A stretch of DNA of 64,000 bases from Myxococcota bacterium (lineage in GTDB: Bacteria; Myxococcota_A; UBA796; UBA2385). The DNA is taken from NCBI GenBank assembly GCA_044344255.1, contig JBIJDH010000013.1:64001-128000 (forward strand), read 5' to 3'. Shown piece after piece: positions 1 to 9,190 of the stretch (within the stretch, counting starts at the first letter, position 1; every line of letters starts with the position of its first letter). A program made the translations under genes and the position numbers. The notes beneath the pieces were generated by a model, which was not told the DNA's origin, searched no databases, and saw only the letters and a program-made list of their open reading frames with translations.

Positions 1-1575
1 GTCGGATACAAGGCCGAAGGTGTCATCCCTGTCGCCGAGTTCATCGACGAGAACGGGAACCTGACGATCAAGGAAGGCGACGAGGTCCACGTCTTCCTCG
101 ACCAGATGGGCGAAGAAGACGGCCAGCTCACGCTCTCCAAGCGGAAGGCCGACGAGATGAAGGCGTGGGAGGACATCTCCCAGGCCTACGAGAAGGATCA
201 GGTCGTCACCGGCGCCGTCACGGGCCGCGTGAAGGGTGGTCTCTCGGTCGACATCGGCGTCAAGGCCTTCCTCCCCGGCTCCCAGGTCGACCTCCGCCCG
301 GTCAAGAACCTCGAGAAGCTGGTCGGTGAGACCCTCGACTTCAAGATCATCAAGTTCAACAAGCGCCGCGGCAACATCGTGCTCAGCCGCCGCGTCCTCC
401 TCGAGGAGGAGCGCCAGCTCAAGCGCCAGGAGACCCTGAAGGATCTCCAGGTCGGCGCCATCATGATCGGCCAGGTCAAGAACATCACCGACTACGGTGC
501 CTTCATCGACCTCGGCGGCATCGACGGCCTCCTCCACATCACCGACATGACCTACGGCCGCATCAACCACCCCTCCGAGATGGTGGAGGTGGGCGCGAGC
601 ATCGAGGTCAAGGTCCTCAAGTTTGACCCCGACAGCCAGCGCGTCAGCCTCGGCTACAAGCAGATCCGGCCCGATCCGTGGGACGAGGTCGATCTCCGCT
701 ACCCCGTCGGCGCCATCGTCCGCGGCAAGGTCGTCTCGATGCCCGACTACGGCATCTTCGTGGAGCTCGAGGACGGCATCGAGGGCCTGGTCCACATCTC
801 CGAGATGACCTGGAACAAGCGGATCAAGCACCCCTCCAAGCTCTGCAACGTCAACGACGTGGTCGAGGCCAAGGTCATCGGGGTGGACGTCGAGAACAAG
901 CGCATCTCGCTCTCCATGAAGGAGCTCGAGAGCAACCCCTGGGATCTCGTCGAAGAGCGCTACCCCGTCGGCTCGATCGTGCGCGGCAAGGTCCGCAACA
1001 TCACCGACTTCGGCATCTTCGTCGGCATCGAGGAGGGCATCGACGGCCTCGTGCACATCTCTGACCTCTCCTGGTCGCAGCGCGTCAAGCACCCCTCGGA
1101 CATCTACAAGAAGGGGGACGACGTCGAAGCCAAGGTCCTCAAGATCGAGCGGGACGCCGAGCGCTTCAGCCTCGGCATCAAGCAGCTCTCCGAGGACCCC
1201 TGGTACAGCGTGCAGGGCCGCTACTTCCTCGGCCAGGTGGTCAAGGGCAAGGTCGTCTCCCGCACCGACTTCGGCATCTTCGTCGAGATCGAGCCGGGCG
1301 TCGAGGGCCTCGTGCACATGAGCGAGCTCGACGGCGGCGGCGACAGCGACTGGGGCACCCGCTACCCCGACGGCCGCGAGCTCCTCGTCGAGATCCGCCG
1401 CATCGACCAGTACGACCGGAAGATCAGCCTCTCCGAGAAGGGCGCCGTCGAGCGCTCCGAGGACGGCGGGTCGGTCGAGGAGTACATGGCGCGCCAGGGC
1501 GAGAGCTCGGCCCGCCTCGGCGATGTGCTGGGTGACCTCGGGCGTAAGCTCGGCGGCTACTCGGACCAGGGCTGA
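1..1575 (+). CDS. rpsA: 30S ribosomal protein S1 (5'-truncated by the window edge)
   Basis: Frame is open from base 1 (VGYKAEGVIPVAEF...). Repeated S1 domains: KNITDYGAFIDLGGIDGLLHITDM, DYGIFVELEDGIEGLVHISEM, DFGIFVGIEEGIDGLVHISDLSW. Confidence 0.98.
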   Translation, partial: VGYKAEGVIPVAEFIDENGNLTIKEGDEVHVFLDQMGEEDGQLTLSKRKADEMKAWEDISQAYEKDQVVTGAVTGRVKGGLSVDIGVKAFLPGSQVDLRPVKNLEKLVGETLDFKIIKFNKRRGNIVLSRRVLLEEERQLKRQETLKDLQVGAIMIGQVKNITDYGAFIDLGGIDGLLHITDMTYGRINHPSEMVEVGASIEVKVLKFDPDSQRVSLGYKQIRPDPWDEVDLRYPVGAIVRGKVVSMPDYGIFVELEDGIEGLVHISEMTWNKRIKHPSKLCNVNDVVEAKVIGVDVENKRISLSMKELESNPWDLVEERYPVGSIVRGKVRNITDFGIFVGIEEGIDGLVHISDLSWSQRVKHPSDIYKKGDDVEAKVLKIERDAERFSLGIKQLSEDPWYSVQGRYFLGQVVKGKVVSRTDFGIFVEIEPGVEGLVHMSELDGGGDSDWGTRYPDGRELLVEIRRIDQYDRKISLSEKGAVERSEDGGSVEEYMARQGESSARLGDVLGDLGRKLGGYSDQG

Positions 1576-1581
1576 TAAATC

Positions 1582-1893
1582 ATGTCCTGGACCCGCTGGA
1601 CAGCGCTGGTGATCGGGCTCCTCGTGATCCTGGTCGCGGTGATGTTCACGCTGCAAAACAGCGCGCGGGTCTCGGACCTCTCCCTCAACCTCGGGTTCGC
1701 CGCCTGGCACCTCCAGGCGCCGGCGCCGGTCCCTTGGTTGATGTGGGGAGCCCTCGGCCTCGGCCTGCTGCTCGGCGGCGGCTGGGGCTTCATCGGCCGC
1801 CTGAAGGACGGTCGCCGGCTCCGGGAGCTCGAGACCCGGGCCGCCCGCGCCGACGTCGGGGGCCGAGGAGGCGGGGGAGACGGCTGGACATGA
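1582..1893 (+). CDS. lapA: LapA/DUF1049-family small membrane protein
   Basis: Two TM segments with an FTLQN motif after TM1 and a basic C-terminal helix. Position downstream of rpsA is typical for lapA. Confidence 0.7.
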   Translation: MSWTRWTALVIGLLVILVAVMFTLQNSARVSDLSLNLGFAAWHLQAPAPVPWLMWGALGLGLLLGGGWGFIGRLKDGRRLRELETRAARADVGGRGGGGDGWT

Positions 1894-2975
1894 GGGCGCT
1901 CCCCCTCGCGCCGCCCTCGCACCCCGCTCGCCGCCGCGCCGCCCGCGCCGTCCGGGTGATGGCCGTGCTCGCCCTCGCGGTCGCCTGTGAGTCTGAGCCC
2001 GTCGTGCCGCCGCAAGCGACGCCGAAGGGCCCGATCGATCCTGCCTTGACCCCCACCGTGCACCCGGTCGGCGAGGAGCAGCGGGCGCCCAAGCCGGTCG
2101 AGGACACCGTCCTCCTGGCGAACAACCCGAGCTGGGCCACGCTCAGCCCCGAGCTCCAGCAGCGGGTCATCCACACCGCCAACATGGTCACCGCGCCCTG
2201 CGCGCCCTGCGCCGAAGAGTCGCTCGCCCGCTGCCAGCAGCAGGCGGCCCCCGGCTGCGAGAACGTCCCGGCGCTGCTCGTCCGCCTCGGGGCGCTCGCC
2301 CCCCAGGGCCTGTCCGACCGCCAGCTCGAGCTCGCCGTGGCCTTCGGAGACGTCTGGATCCCCGAGATGGCGACCGGCAGCCCCGGCCTCGCCGCCGATC
2401 GGGTCGTGGTCCAGGCCTGGATCGACCCCGCCGGCCCCTCCCTCGTCGCCGCCGCCGAGACCGTCTCGAAGCTGCCCGCGGCGCAGACCGAGCTCCACCT
2501 CCACGTCGGCACCGACGAGGCCGGCGCGCCCGCCCAGGCCCTCGCCCGCGGCCTCGCCGCCGCCGACCTCCAGGGGCAAGGCCCGGCCTTCCTCGCCTGC
2601 CTCGCCGCCGCCCGGGCCACCCCTCGCGCCCCGCTGCCCGACGCCACCGTCGTCGCCCGGGGCTGCGCGGGCCTCGACGCCCCCCGCTGGGAGGCCGCCC
2701 TCGGCGGAGAGGCCGTCTCCGCGCGGCTCGCCGCCGATCAGGCCCTCCGCGCCCAGGTCGGCGTGCGCTCCTGGCCCACCTGGTTCCTCAACGGCTACCG
2801 CCTGCGCGGCCTCCAGTCCGACATCGCCATCGGCCGCATCCTCGGCCTGGAGCTGGACGACCTCCGCTGGTCGCCCACGAGCTCCGGCCGCCCCGGCGCG
2901 CCGGCCGCGTCGCCGCCTGCGTCGCCTGCGTCGCCTGCGTCGCTACCCGCGGCGGCGCCCGCCTCGCCTCGCTGA
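1890..2975 (+). CDS. DsbA/thioredoxin-fold lipoprotein lacking the active-site CxxC
   Basis: ATG overlaps the lapA stop (ATGA). Lipobox-like LAVAC, Cys-rich N-domain (APCAPC...RC...GC), and C-terminal GVRSWPTWFLNG resembling the DsbA cis-Pro loop. Confidence 0.65.
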   Translation: MRALPLAPPSHPARRRAARAVRVMAVLALAVACESEPVVPPQATPKGPIDPALTPTVHPVGEEQRAPKPVEDTVLLANNPSWATLSPELQQRVIHTANMVTAPCAPCAEESLARCQQQAAPGCENVPALLVRLGALAPQGLSDRQLELAVAFGDVWIPEMATGSPGLAADRVVVQAWIDPAGPSLVAAAETVSKLPAAQTELHLHVGTDEAGAPAQALARGLAAADLQGQGPAFLACLAAARATPRAPLPDATVVARGCAGLDAPRWEAALGGEAVSARLAADQALRAQVGVRSWPTWFLNGYRLRGLQSDIAIGRILGLELDDLRWSPTSSGRPGAPAASPPASPASPASLPAAAPASPR

Positions 2976-3129
2976 GCTCGCCCCCAGGCCTCCGCCGATC
3001 GCGATCTCGCCGTGCTCGTCGTCCTGCGGGGGCAGCACAGCCTCGACACCCTCTTGTCGAGCTTGCTCATCCGCCCGCCCGGCAAGTTCGACAAGTCGGT
3101 GCGCGCGGTTGTCCGGGTCAGGGTCTTCG
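2974..3129 (+). pseudogene. Decayed duplicate of a 5'-proximal segment of rsmB
   Basis: Aligns by hand to 4190-4355 at about 83% identity, with a 1-bp and a 9-bp (TGGCACCTC) deletion. No start codon. Confidence 0.85.
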
Positions 3130-3173
3130 GCGGCCGAGGTGTACGTTGATGAACCTGCAACTGAACGTGGTCC

Positions 3174-3743
3174 ATGACTGAAGCCGAATTGTTCTGGGCC
3201 GGCTCGGCCTTCAAGCCACTGTGGGTGGACTCGCGGCCACAAAGAACGGCGGCCACAGCCGCTGACATCGAGCCGTTTGCACAACAGGTGGACCCGCTGG
3301 TCGCCACTTTCTGGCAACTCTACGGTTGGGGGCCGCTGCGAGACGGCTTCCTGGTTCTGGAAGCACCCGCCTTGCTTGCAGCCCGTTACGGCGCTTGGCC
3401 GATGCCGGCAGGGTCCATACCGCTGTTGCGCACCGCCTGGGGCCATCTGGTGCTAATGCGCAGTTCCAACAGTTGGCTGTTGGACCCGCTGTACGGGGGG
3501 GTGCACGACATGGGCTGCGACGCGGTGAACGTGCTGGACGCCCTTCTGGGCAGCCCCAGCTTTCTGAACGATGAGCTGCTGTTCGACATCTATACGGCCG
3601 CCATCCGTCGCATTGGCCGCACGCCCGGCCCGGAGGAGCTTGCCTGTTTCGTTCCCGCGTTGGCACTCGGTGGTGAGCGGCACGAAAGGCAGGTTGAACT
3701 ACGCGAGATGACAGTCACGCTGGACCTGATAGCCCAGCTTTGA
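3174..3743 (+). CDS. GAD-like/DUF1851 (T6SS Tdi1-type) immunity protein
   Basis: Motifs FWQLYGWG..DGF, LRTAWGHL and C-terminal FVPALALGG...LDLIAQL. More A/T-ending codons than neighbouring genes. Confidence 0.8.
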   Translation: MTEAELFWAGSAFKPLWVDSRPQRTAATAADIEPFAQQVDPLVATFWQLYGWGPLRDGFLVLEAPALLAARYGAWPMPAGSIPLLRTAWGHLVLMRSSNSWLLDPLYGGVHDMGCDAVNVLDALLGSPSFLNDELLFDIYTAAIRRIGRTPGPEELACFVPALALGGERHERQVELREMTVTLDLIAQL

Positions 3744-4102
3744 CTCTTTCCCAGCTGCGCCATGGAGCGGCCGCCCTTGTCATCGGCACAGGCACCCCGA
3801 AACACGGGGCAGTCGACACCTGCGCCTGGACGGCTCACGGCACGGCACCCGTGTTCGGTGCCGGCGCATGGCTGATCACTGCGCGCTCGCCGCCGCGTTC
3901 GCCGCCGCAGCGGTCGAGCGACGAGGCCGGCCTGGAGCGACGACGCGGCCTGATGGGTCCCGCCGCCGGACCCCGTTGCCTCCACCTCCTGGCTCTCCGT
4001 TGCACCGGACGATCTCGGCGCTTAGGCCGATGGCCTGCGGCCTCCGCTGCGGTCTTCCGGCGCCGGCGCATCGATCTCCGAGGCTTCATCAAGGAAGTGA
4101 AT

Positions 4103-5320
4103 TTGTCGTCTCTGAACCCGGGCCGCCTCGCCGCCGTGCGCGTCCTCATCGGCGTCGAAGACGGCGCCCACGCCGAGGACCTGCTGGGCGAGCTCGCCCC
4201 CCAGGCCTCCGCCGACCGCGGTCTCGCCTGGCACCTCGTGCTGGGGGTGCTGCGGCGCCAGGGCAGCCTCGATTGGCTCTTGTCGCCCTTGCTCAGCCGT
4301 CCGCTCGGCAAGCTCGACAAGTCGGTGCGCGCGGCCCTCCGGGTCGGGGCCTACGAGCTCGCCTTCTCCGGCACCGCTCGCCACGCCGCCGTCGATCAGG
4401 CCGTCGAGGCGGCGCGGGCCGCGGGCAGCCCGGGTGGGGCGGGGCTCGTGAATGCGGTCCTCCGGAAGGTCGATCCGGCGCGGCTCCCCGACGACCCGAC
4501 CCTCGATCTGCCCCCCTGGCTGGCCGAGCGCTGGCGGGGGATGGGCGAGGGCTCCCTGGCCTGGATCGCCCGCCTCCGCGAGGCGGCCCCCTTGAGCCTC
4601 GTCTGGCGGGGCGCGCCCGTCGCCGAGCTGGCCACCGCCCCCGCGCTCGCGGGCGGCGAGGTGGTGGAGGGGGCCGCGGTCCTCGTCGATCAGCACGGCC
4701 CGATCGAGGCCATGCCCGGCTTCCGCGAGGGGGCCTGGTGGGTGATGGACCCTGCGGCCGTGCGGGTCGCCGACCTCGGCTGGGAGGCCCTGGGACGGCC
4801 GACCGAGGGCTGGACGGCGCTGGACGCCTGCGCGGCGCCGGGCGGTAAGTCCTTCCGCCTCGCCACCCGCGGCGCCGCCGTGACGGCCGTGGACGCCCAG
4901 GCCCGCCGCTTGCAGAAGGTGGGTGAGGGCGCCCGCCGCCTCGGCCTGCCGGTGCAGGAGGCCGTCCACGACTGGCTCCGCGGCCCCTGCGCCACGCTCG
5001 GCCTCTATGATCTGGTGCTGGTGGACGCCCCCTGCACCGGCCTCGGCACCCTCCGCCGACACCCGGAGATCAAGTGGCGGCGCCTCCGCTCCGATCCCGC
5101 CGCGATGGCCATCCGGCAGGTCCCCATCCTGCAGGCCGCCGCCGCCCACGTGCGCCCGGGCGGGGTGGTCGTCTATGCGGTCTGCTCGCCCGAGCCCGAG
5201 GAGGGGATCCGGGTGGTGGAGGCGCTCCAGGGTTGGTCGATCGAGCGGAGCCTCCGCTTTGCCCCGCCGACGGGCGATGAGGATGCCTTCCAGGCCTTCC
5301 TCCTCCGCAAGGCCGGCTGA
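4103..5320 (+). CDS. rsmB: RsmB/Sun-family 16S rRNA m5C methyltransferase with NusB-like N-domain
   Basis: LDACAAPGGKS SAM motif, LVDAPCTGLGTLRRHPEIKWR and YAVCSPEPEE. Probable TTG start after AAGGA (4091-4095). Confidence 0.9.
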   Translation: MSSLNPGRLAAVRVLIGVEDGAHAEDLLGELAPQASADRGLAWHLVLGVLRRQGSLDWLLSPLLSRPLGKLDKSVRAALRVGAYELAFSGTARHAAVDQAVEAARAAGSPGGAGLVNAVLRKVDPARLPDDPTLDLPPWLAERWRGMGEGSLAWIARLREAAPLSLVWRGAPVAELATAPALAGGEVVEGAAVLVDQHGPIEAMPGFREGAWWVMDPAAVRVADLGWEALGRPTEGWTALDACAAPGGKSFRLATRGAAVTAVDAQARRLQKVGEGARRLGLPVQEAVHDWLRGPCATLGLYDLVLVDAPCTGLGTLRRHPEIKWRRLRSDPAAMAIRQVPILQAAAAHVRPGGVVVYAVCSPEPEEGIRVVEALQGWSIERSLRFAPPTGDEDAFQAFLLRKAG

Positions 5321-5323
5321 GCC

Positions 5324-7915
5324 ATGAGCAACGCCGCCGACACCCCGATGATGCGGCAATACCTGGAGATCAAGGCCCAGGCGCCGGACGCGCTCCTGCT
5401 CTACCGGATGGGCGACTTCTACGAGTGTTTCTTCGAGGACGCCCGCGAGGCCGCCGAGCTGCTGGGCCTCACGCTCACCTCGCGGAACAAGAACGACCCC
5501 GACCCCATCCCCATGGCCGGCGTGCCCTACCACGCCCTCGAGGGCTACCTCTCGCAGCTCATCGAGGCGGGTCGCAAGGTGGCGATCGCCGAGCAGTCGA
5601 GCAGCGGCCTCGACGGGGAGGGGAAGAAGCTCCTCGATCGGCGCCTCGTCCGCGTCGTGACGGCCGGCATGCCCTGGGACCCCGCCGCCCTCGACGCCCG
5701 GGAGGGCTGCTACCTCGCCGGCCTAAGCGGCGCCGAGGGCGGGCCCGTCGGCCTCGCCTTCCTCGACATCTCCACCGGCGACCTGCGCCTCACCGAGGTC
5801 GCCAGCCTGGAGGCCGCGGCGGCGGAGCTGCAGCGCATGGAGGCGCGGGAGGTGGTGCTGCACCCCGCCCTCTCCGCCGCAGGGGCCCTCCAGCCCGGGC
5901 TCCAGGGGCGCTCGCTCCACAAGGCGGAGGCCAGCCTCTTCGACGAGCGCGCGGCCCGCCGCGGCCTCACCCGTCAGCTCGAGGTGGCCGACCTCGACGG
6001 CTTCGGCGCCGAGGCCCTCGGGCCCGCGCTCGGGGCCGCCTGGGCCGCGCTGTCTTACGCCCGCGACACCGCGCGCCTGCAGGTGGGGCACCTCCGGCGC
6101 CTCGTCGTCTACAAGGCCGACGGCGAGATGGTCCTCGACGAGGCCACCCGCCGCAACCTCGAGCTCTTGCGCCCGCTCCGGGGCACGGGGCGCCGCGGCA
6201 CCCTGATCGGCCTCCTCGACCGCAGCCAGTGCCCGATGGGCGCCCGCCTGCTCCGGGACTGGCTCAGCCGGCCCCTCGTCGAGCTCGAGGCGATCCACGA
6301 GCGGCAGGAGGCCGTCGCCGCCCTGCTCGACCCTCCGCTGCGCAGCGGGATCCGCGACGCGCTCCGCCGGGTGGCAGACATCGAGCGCCTCACGGGCAAG
6401 GCGGTGCAGTCCACCGCCAACGCCCGCGACCTCGTCGCCCTCGCCGCCTCGATCGAGGCCCTGCCTGGGGTGGTGGTGCCGCTGGCCGGCCTCCCCGCGA
6501 TGGCCGGGCACCTCCCCACCGACCTCTGCGCCGACGTCGCCCGCACCGTCACGGCCTGGCTCGAAGACGAGCCCCCCGCCTCGCTCACCGACGGCGGCCT
6601 CATCCGCCCCGGCGTGCACCCCGAGCTCGACCAGCTCCGCGACACCGGCGTCGAGGGCCGCGGCGCCATCGCCGCCATCGAGGAGCGCGAGCGGCGCCGC
6701 ACGGGCATCAGCTCGCTCAAGGTGAAGCACAACCGCATCTCCGGCTTCTTCCTCGAGGTCACCCAGGCCAACCAGGACAAGGTGCCGAAGGACTGGCACC
6801 TCAAGCAGCAGCTCTCGGGCGCCTTCCGCTTCATCACGCCGGAGCTCAAGGAGTACGAGGAGCGGGTGCTCGGCGCCGATGACAAGCGAAAGGCCCTCGA
6901 GTACGAGCTCTTCTGCGAGCTGCGCGGCCGGGTGGCCGCCGAGTGTGACCGCCTCTTCACGCTCGCGCGGGCCGTCGCCTGGATCGACGTCATCGCCGCC
7001 CTGGCCGAGGTGGCGGTGAGCCAGCGCTTCGTGCGCCCCCTCGTCGATGACAGCGGCGTGATCGAGATCACAGACGGGCGGCACCCCGTCGTCGAAGCCA
7101 GCCTCACCGGCGAGCGCTTCGTGCCGAGCTCGCTCCGCCTCGACCCCGAGCGCCGCTTGATCATCCTCACCGGCCCCAACATGGCCGGGAAGTCGACCGT
7201 CATGCGGCAGGTGGCCCTCATCACCCTGCTCGCCCAGATGGGGAGCTTCGTGCCCGCGGCGGCCGCCCGCGTCGGCCTCTGCGATCGGGTCTTCGTGCGG
7301 GTGGGCGCCAGCGACGATCTCGCCTCGGGGCGCAGCACCTTCATGGTGGAGATGAGCGAGACCGCCTGGATCCTCAACCAAGCGACCCACCGCTCCCTCA
7401 TCCTCCTGGACGAGATCGGCCGCGGAACGAGCACCTACGACGGGCTCGCCATCGCCTGGTCGGTGGCGGAGGCGGTGGCCGACAAGCTGCGGGCCCGGGC
7501 GGTCTTCGCCACGCATTACCACGAGCTCATCGGCCTCGCTGACGAGCGCCGGAGCGTGGTGAACCGCCACGTCGCCGTGAGCGAGTGGGGCGACAAGATC
7601 GTCTTCTTACGCGCGCTCAAGGAGGGTGGGGCCAGCCGCAGCTACGGCATCCAGTGCGCCCGCCTCGCCGGGATGCCGGTGGGCGTGGTGGACCGCGCCC
7701 GCGAGCTGCTCGTGGAGCTCGAGCGGCGGCCGAAGCACGGCCCGCCCACCCGCCAGCTCTCGCTCTTCGCGCCGGCCCCGCCGCCCCCGCCACCGCCCGA
7801 TCCGGTCGCCGACGCGCTGCGGGCGGCCGTCGTCGCCCTCCGCCCCGACGAGCTCAGCCCGCGCGAGGCCCTCCAGGCCCTCTACACCCTCAAGGCCCTC
7901 GCCGAGGGGAGCTGA
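5324..7915 (+). CDS. mutS: DNA mismatch repair protein MutS
   Basis: TPMMRQY, RMGDFYECF, GPNMAGKST Walker A, STFMVEM, LLDEIGRGTSTYDG, ATHYHEL. Confidence 0.98.
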   Translation: MSNAADTPMMRQYLEIKAQAPDALLLYRMGDFYECFFEDAREAAELLGLTLTSRNKNDPDPIPMAGVPYHALEGYLSQLIEAGRKVAIAEQSSSGLDGEGKKLLDRRLVRVVTAGMPWDPAALDAREGCYLAGLSGAEGGPVGLAFLDISTGDLRLTEVASLEAAAAELQRMEAREVVLHPALSAAGALQPGLQGRSLHKAEASLFDERAARRGLTRQLEVADLDGFGAEALGPALGAAWAALSYARDTARLQVGHLRRLVVYKADGEMVLDEATRRNLELLRPLRGTGRRGTLIGLLDRSQCPMGARLLRDWLSRPLVELEAIHERQEAVAALLDPPLRSGIRDALRRVADIERLTGKAVQSTANARDLVALAASIEALPGVVVPLAGLPAMAGHLPTDLCADVARTVTAWLEDEPPASLTDGGLIRPGVHPELDQLRDTGVEGRGAIAAIEERERRRTGISSLKVKHNRISGFFLEVTQANQDKVPKDWHLKQQLSGAFRFITPELKEYEERVLGADDKRKALEYELFCELRGRVAAECDRLFTLARAVAWIDVIAALAEVAVSQRFVRPLVDDSGVIEITDGRHPVVEASLTGERFVPSSLRLDPERRLIILTGPNMAGKSTVMRQVALITLLAQMGSFVPAAAARVGLCDRVFVRVGASDDLASGRSTFMVEMSETAWILNQATHRSLILLDEIGRGTSTYDGLAIAWSVAEAVADKLRARAVFATHYHELIGLADERRSVVNRHVAVSEWGDKIVFLRALKEGGASRSYGIQCARLAGMPVGVVDRARELLVELERRPKHGPPTRQLSLFAPAPPPPPPPDPVADALRAAVVALRPDELSPREALQALYTLKALAEGS

Positions 7916-7917
7916 CG

Positions 7918-9090
7918 GTGCGGCGCCTCGCCCTGCTGCTCGCGCTCCTCCTGCTCGCGGCCCGGAGCCCCGCGGCCGAGGCCGCCACCCTCGAGCAGAT
8001 CCGCGTCTTCGCGGGGGCCCACCACGCCCGCGTGCTGCTGGTCACCCGCGGCGTGGCCGCTGGCCTCGACCCGCGCGCCTCTCCGGCGATGGGGGCGGCG
8101 CCCGCCCGCGGAATCGTCGTGCTGCAGGGCACCACCCTCGGGGGCGCGGTGGCCCACACGATCCCCGTCGAGGAGCACGGCATCCTCCGCCTCCTCGTCG
8201 CCGACACCGCGGCCGGGGCGCAGGTCACCGCCGAGATGGAGGGGGCCCGCGGGGTCCGCGCGACGCCGCTCGGCAAGAACGCGGTGCTCGTCGATCTCAT
8301 CGAGGAGGGCCACCCGGAGGACCCTGGGCTCCCCACCGCCCAGCAGCTCCAGGCCTGGGTGGAGGGCACCGCCCTCGTCCCCGCCGACGCCGCGCCGCCC
8401 CGCACCCGCCGCCTGATCGTCGTCGACGCGGGCCACGGCGGCTTCGACCACGGCGCCGTCGGCACCACCGGCACCCGCGAGGCCGACATCGCGCTCCAGA
8501 TCGCCAAGCGCGCCGCGCTCGGCCTCGAAGAGCGGCTCGGCGCCGAGGTGGTCCTCACCCGCGACACCGACGTCTTCATCCCCCTCCGGGAGCGCGCCGC
8601 CGTCGCCAACCAGCGCGGGGCCGACCTCTTCCTCTCCGTGCACTGCAACGCCGCGCCGGCGCCCACCGCCTGGGGCATCGAGACCTACTCGCTGGACACC
8701 GCCAGCGACGCCGGGGCCGCGCGGGTCGCCGCGCGCGAGAACACGCTCGTACGCGAGGCGGAGGGAGGGGAGGGGACGGCCGACCCGCTGCTCGCCAACC
8801 TGCTCGTCGCCGGCACCAACCAGCTCAGCCGCGACCTCTCCGCCGAGATCCAGACCCACGTCGTCCGCGAGCTCCGCGCCATCTACGGGCCCGAGCAGAT
8901 CCGCGATCTCGGCACGAAGACCGCCCTCTTCTATGTGCTCGTCTCCACCCGGATGCCGGCGGTGCTCTTCGAGACGAGCTTCGTCAGCAACCCCGGAGAC
9001 GAGCGCCGCCTGCGCACCCCGGCCTTCCAAGCCGCTGTCGCCGACGCCCTCGTGGGCGCGGTGGAGCGCTGGTTCGCGCGACAGGGGTGA
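7918..9090 (+). CDS. N-acetylmuramoyl-L-alanine amidase (Amidase_3, AmiC-like)
   Basis: Signal peptide, VDAGHGGFD.GA, LTRDTDVFIPLRER, FLSVHCNA, MPAVLFE. GTG start 2 nt after the mutS stop. Confidence 0.92.
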   Translation: MRRLALLLALLLLAARSPAAEAATLEQIRVFAGAHHARVLLVTRGVAAGLDPRASPAMGAAPARGIVVLQGTTLGGAVAHTIPVEEHGILRLLVADTAAGAQVTAEMEGARGVRATPLGKNAVLVDLIEEGHPEDPGLPTAQQLQAWVEGTALVPADAAPPRTRRLIVVDAGHGGFDHGAVGTTGTREADIALQIAKRAALGLEERLGAEVVLTRDTDVFIPLRERAAVANQRGADLFLSVHCNAAPAPTAWGIETYSLDTASDAGAARVAARENTLVREAEGGEGTADPLLANLLVAGTNQLSRDLSAEIQTHVVRELRAIYGPEQIRDLGTKTALFYVLVSTRMPAVLFETSFVSNPGDERRLRTPAFQAAVADALVGAVERWFARQG

Positions 9091-9190
9091 GGCTGCTGCG
9101 CACCGACCGCGCTCCCCGCGGTGATCCCCTGGATGACGCGCCGCGACGCGAAGTGGTAAGGAAGCGCTTATCACCATCCCCGGAGCCCCC

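Noticed and set aside
3740..4102. Long N-terminal extension of rsmB in the ORF track
   Set aside because: The translation looks non-coding. RsmB similarity and an RBS begin near 4091-4103.
2974..4355. Diverged repeat pair as a DGR template/variable repeat
   Set aside because: Mismatches are not confined to adenines, indels are present, and there is no reverse transcriptase in the window.
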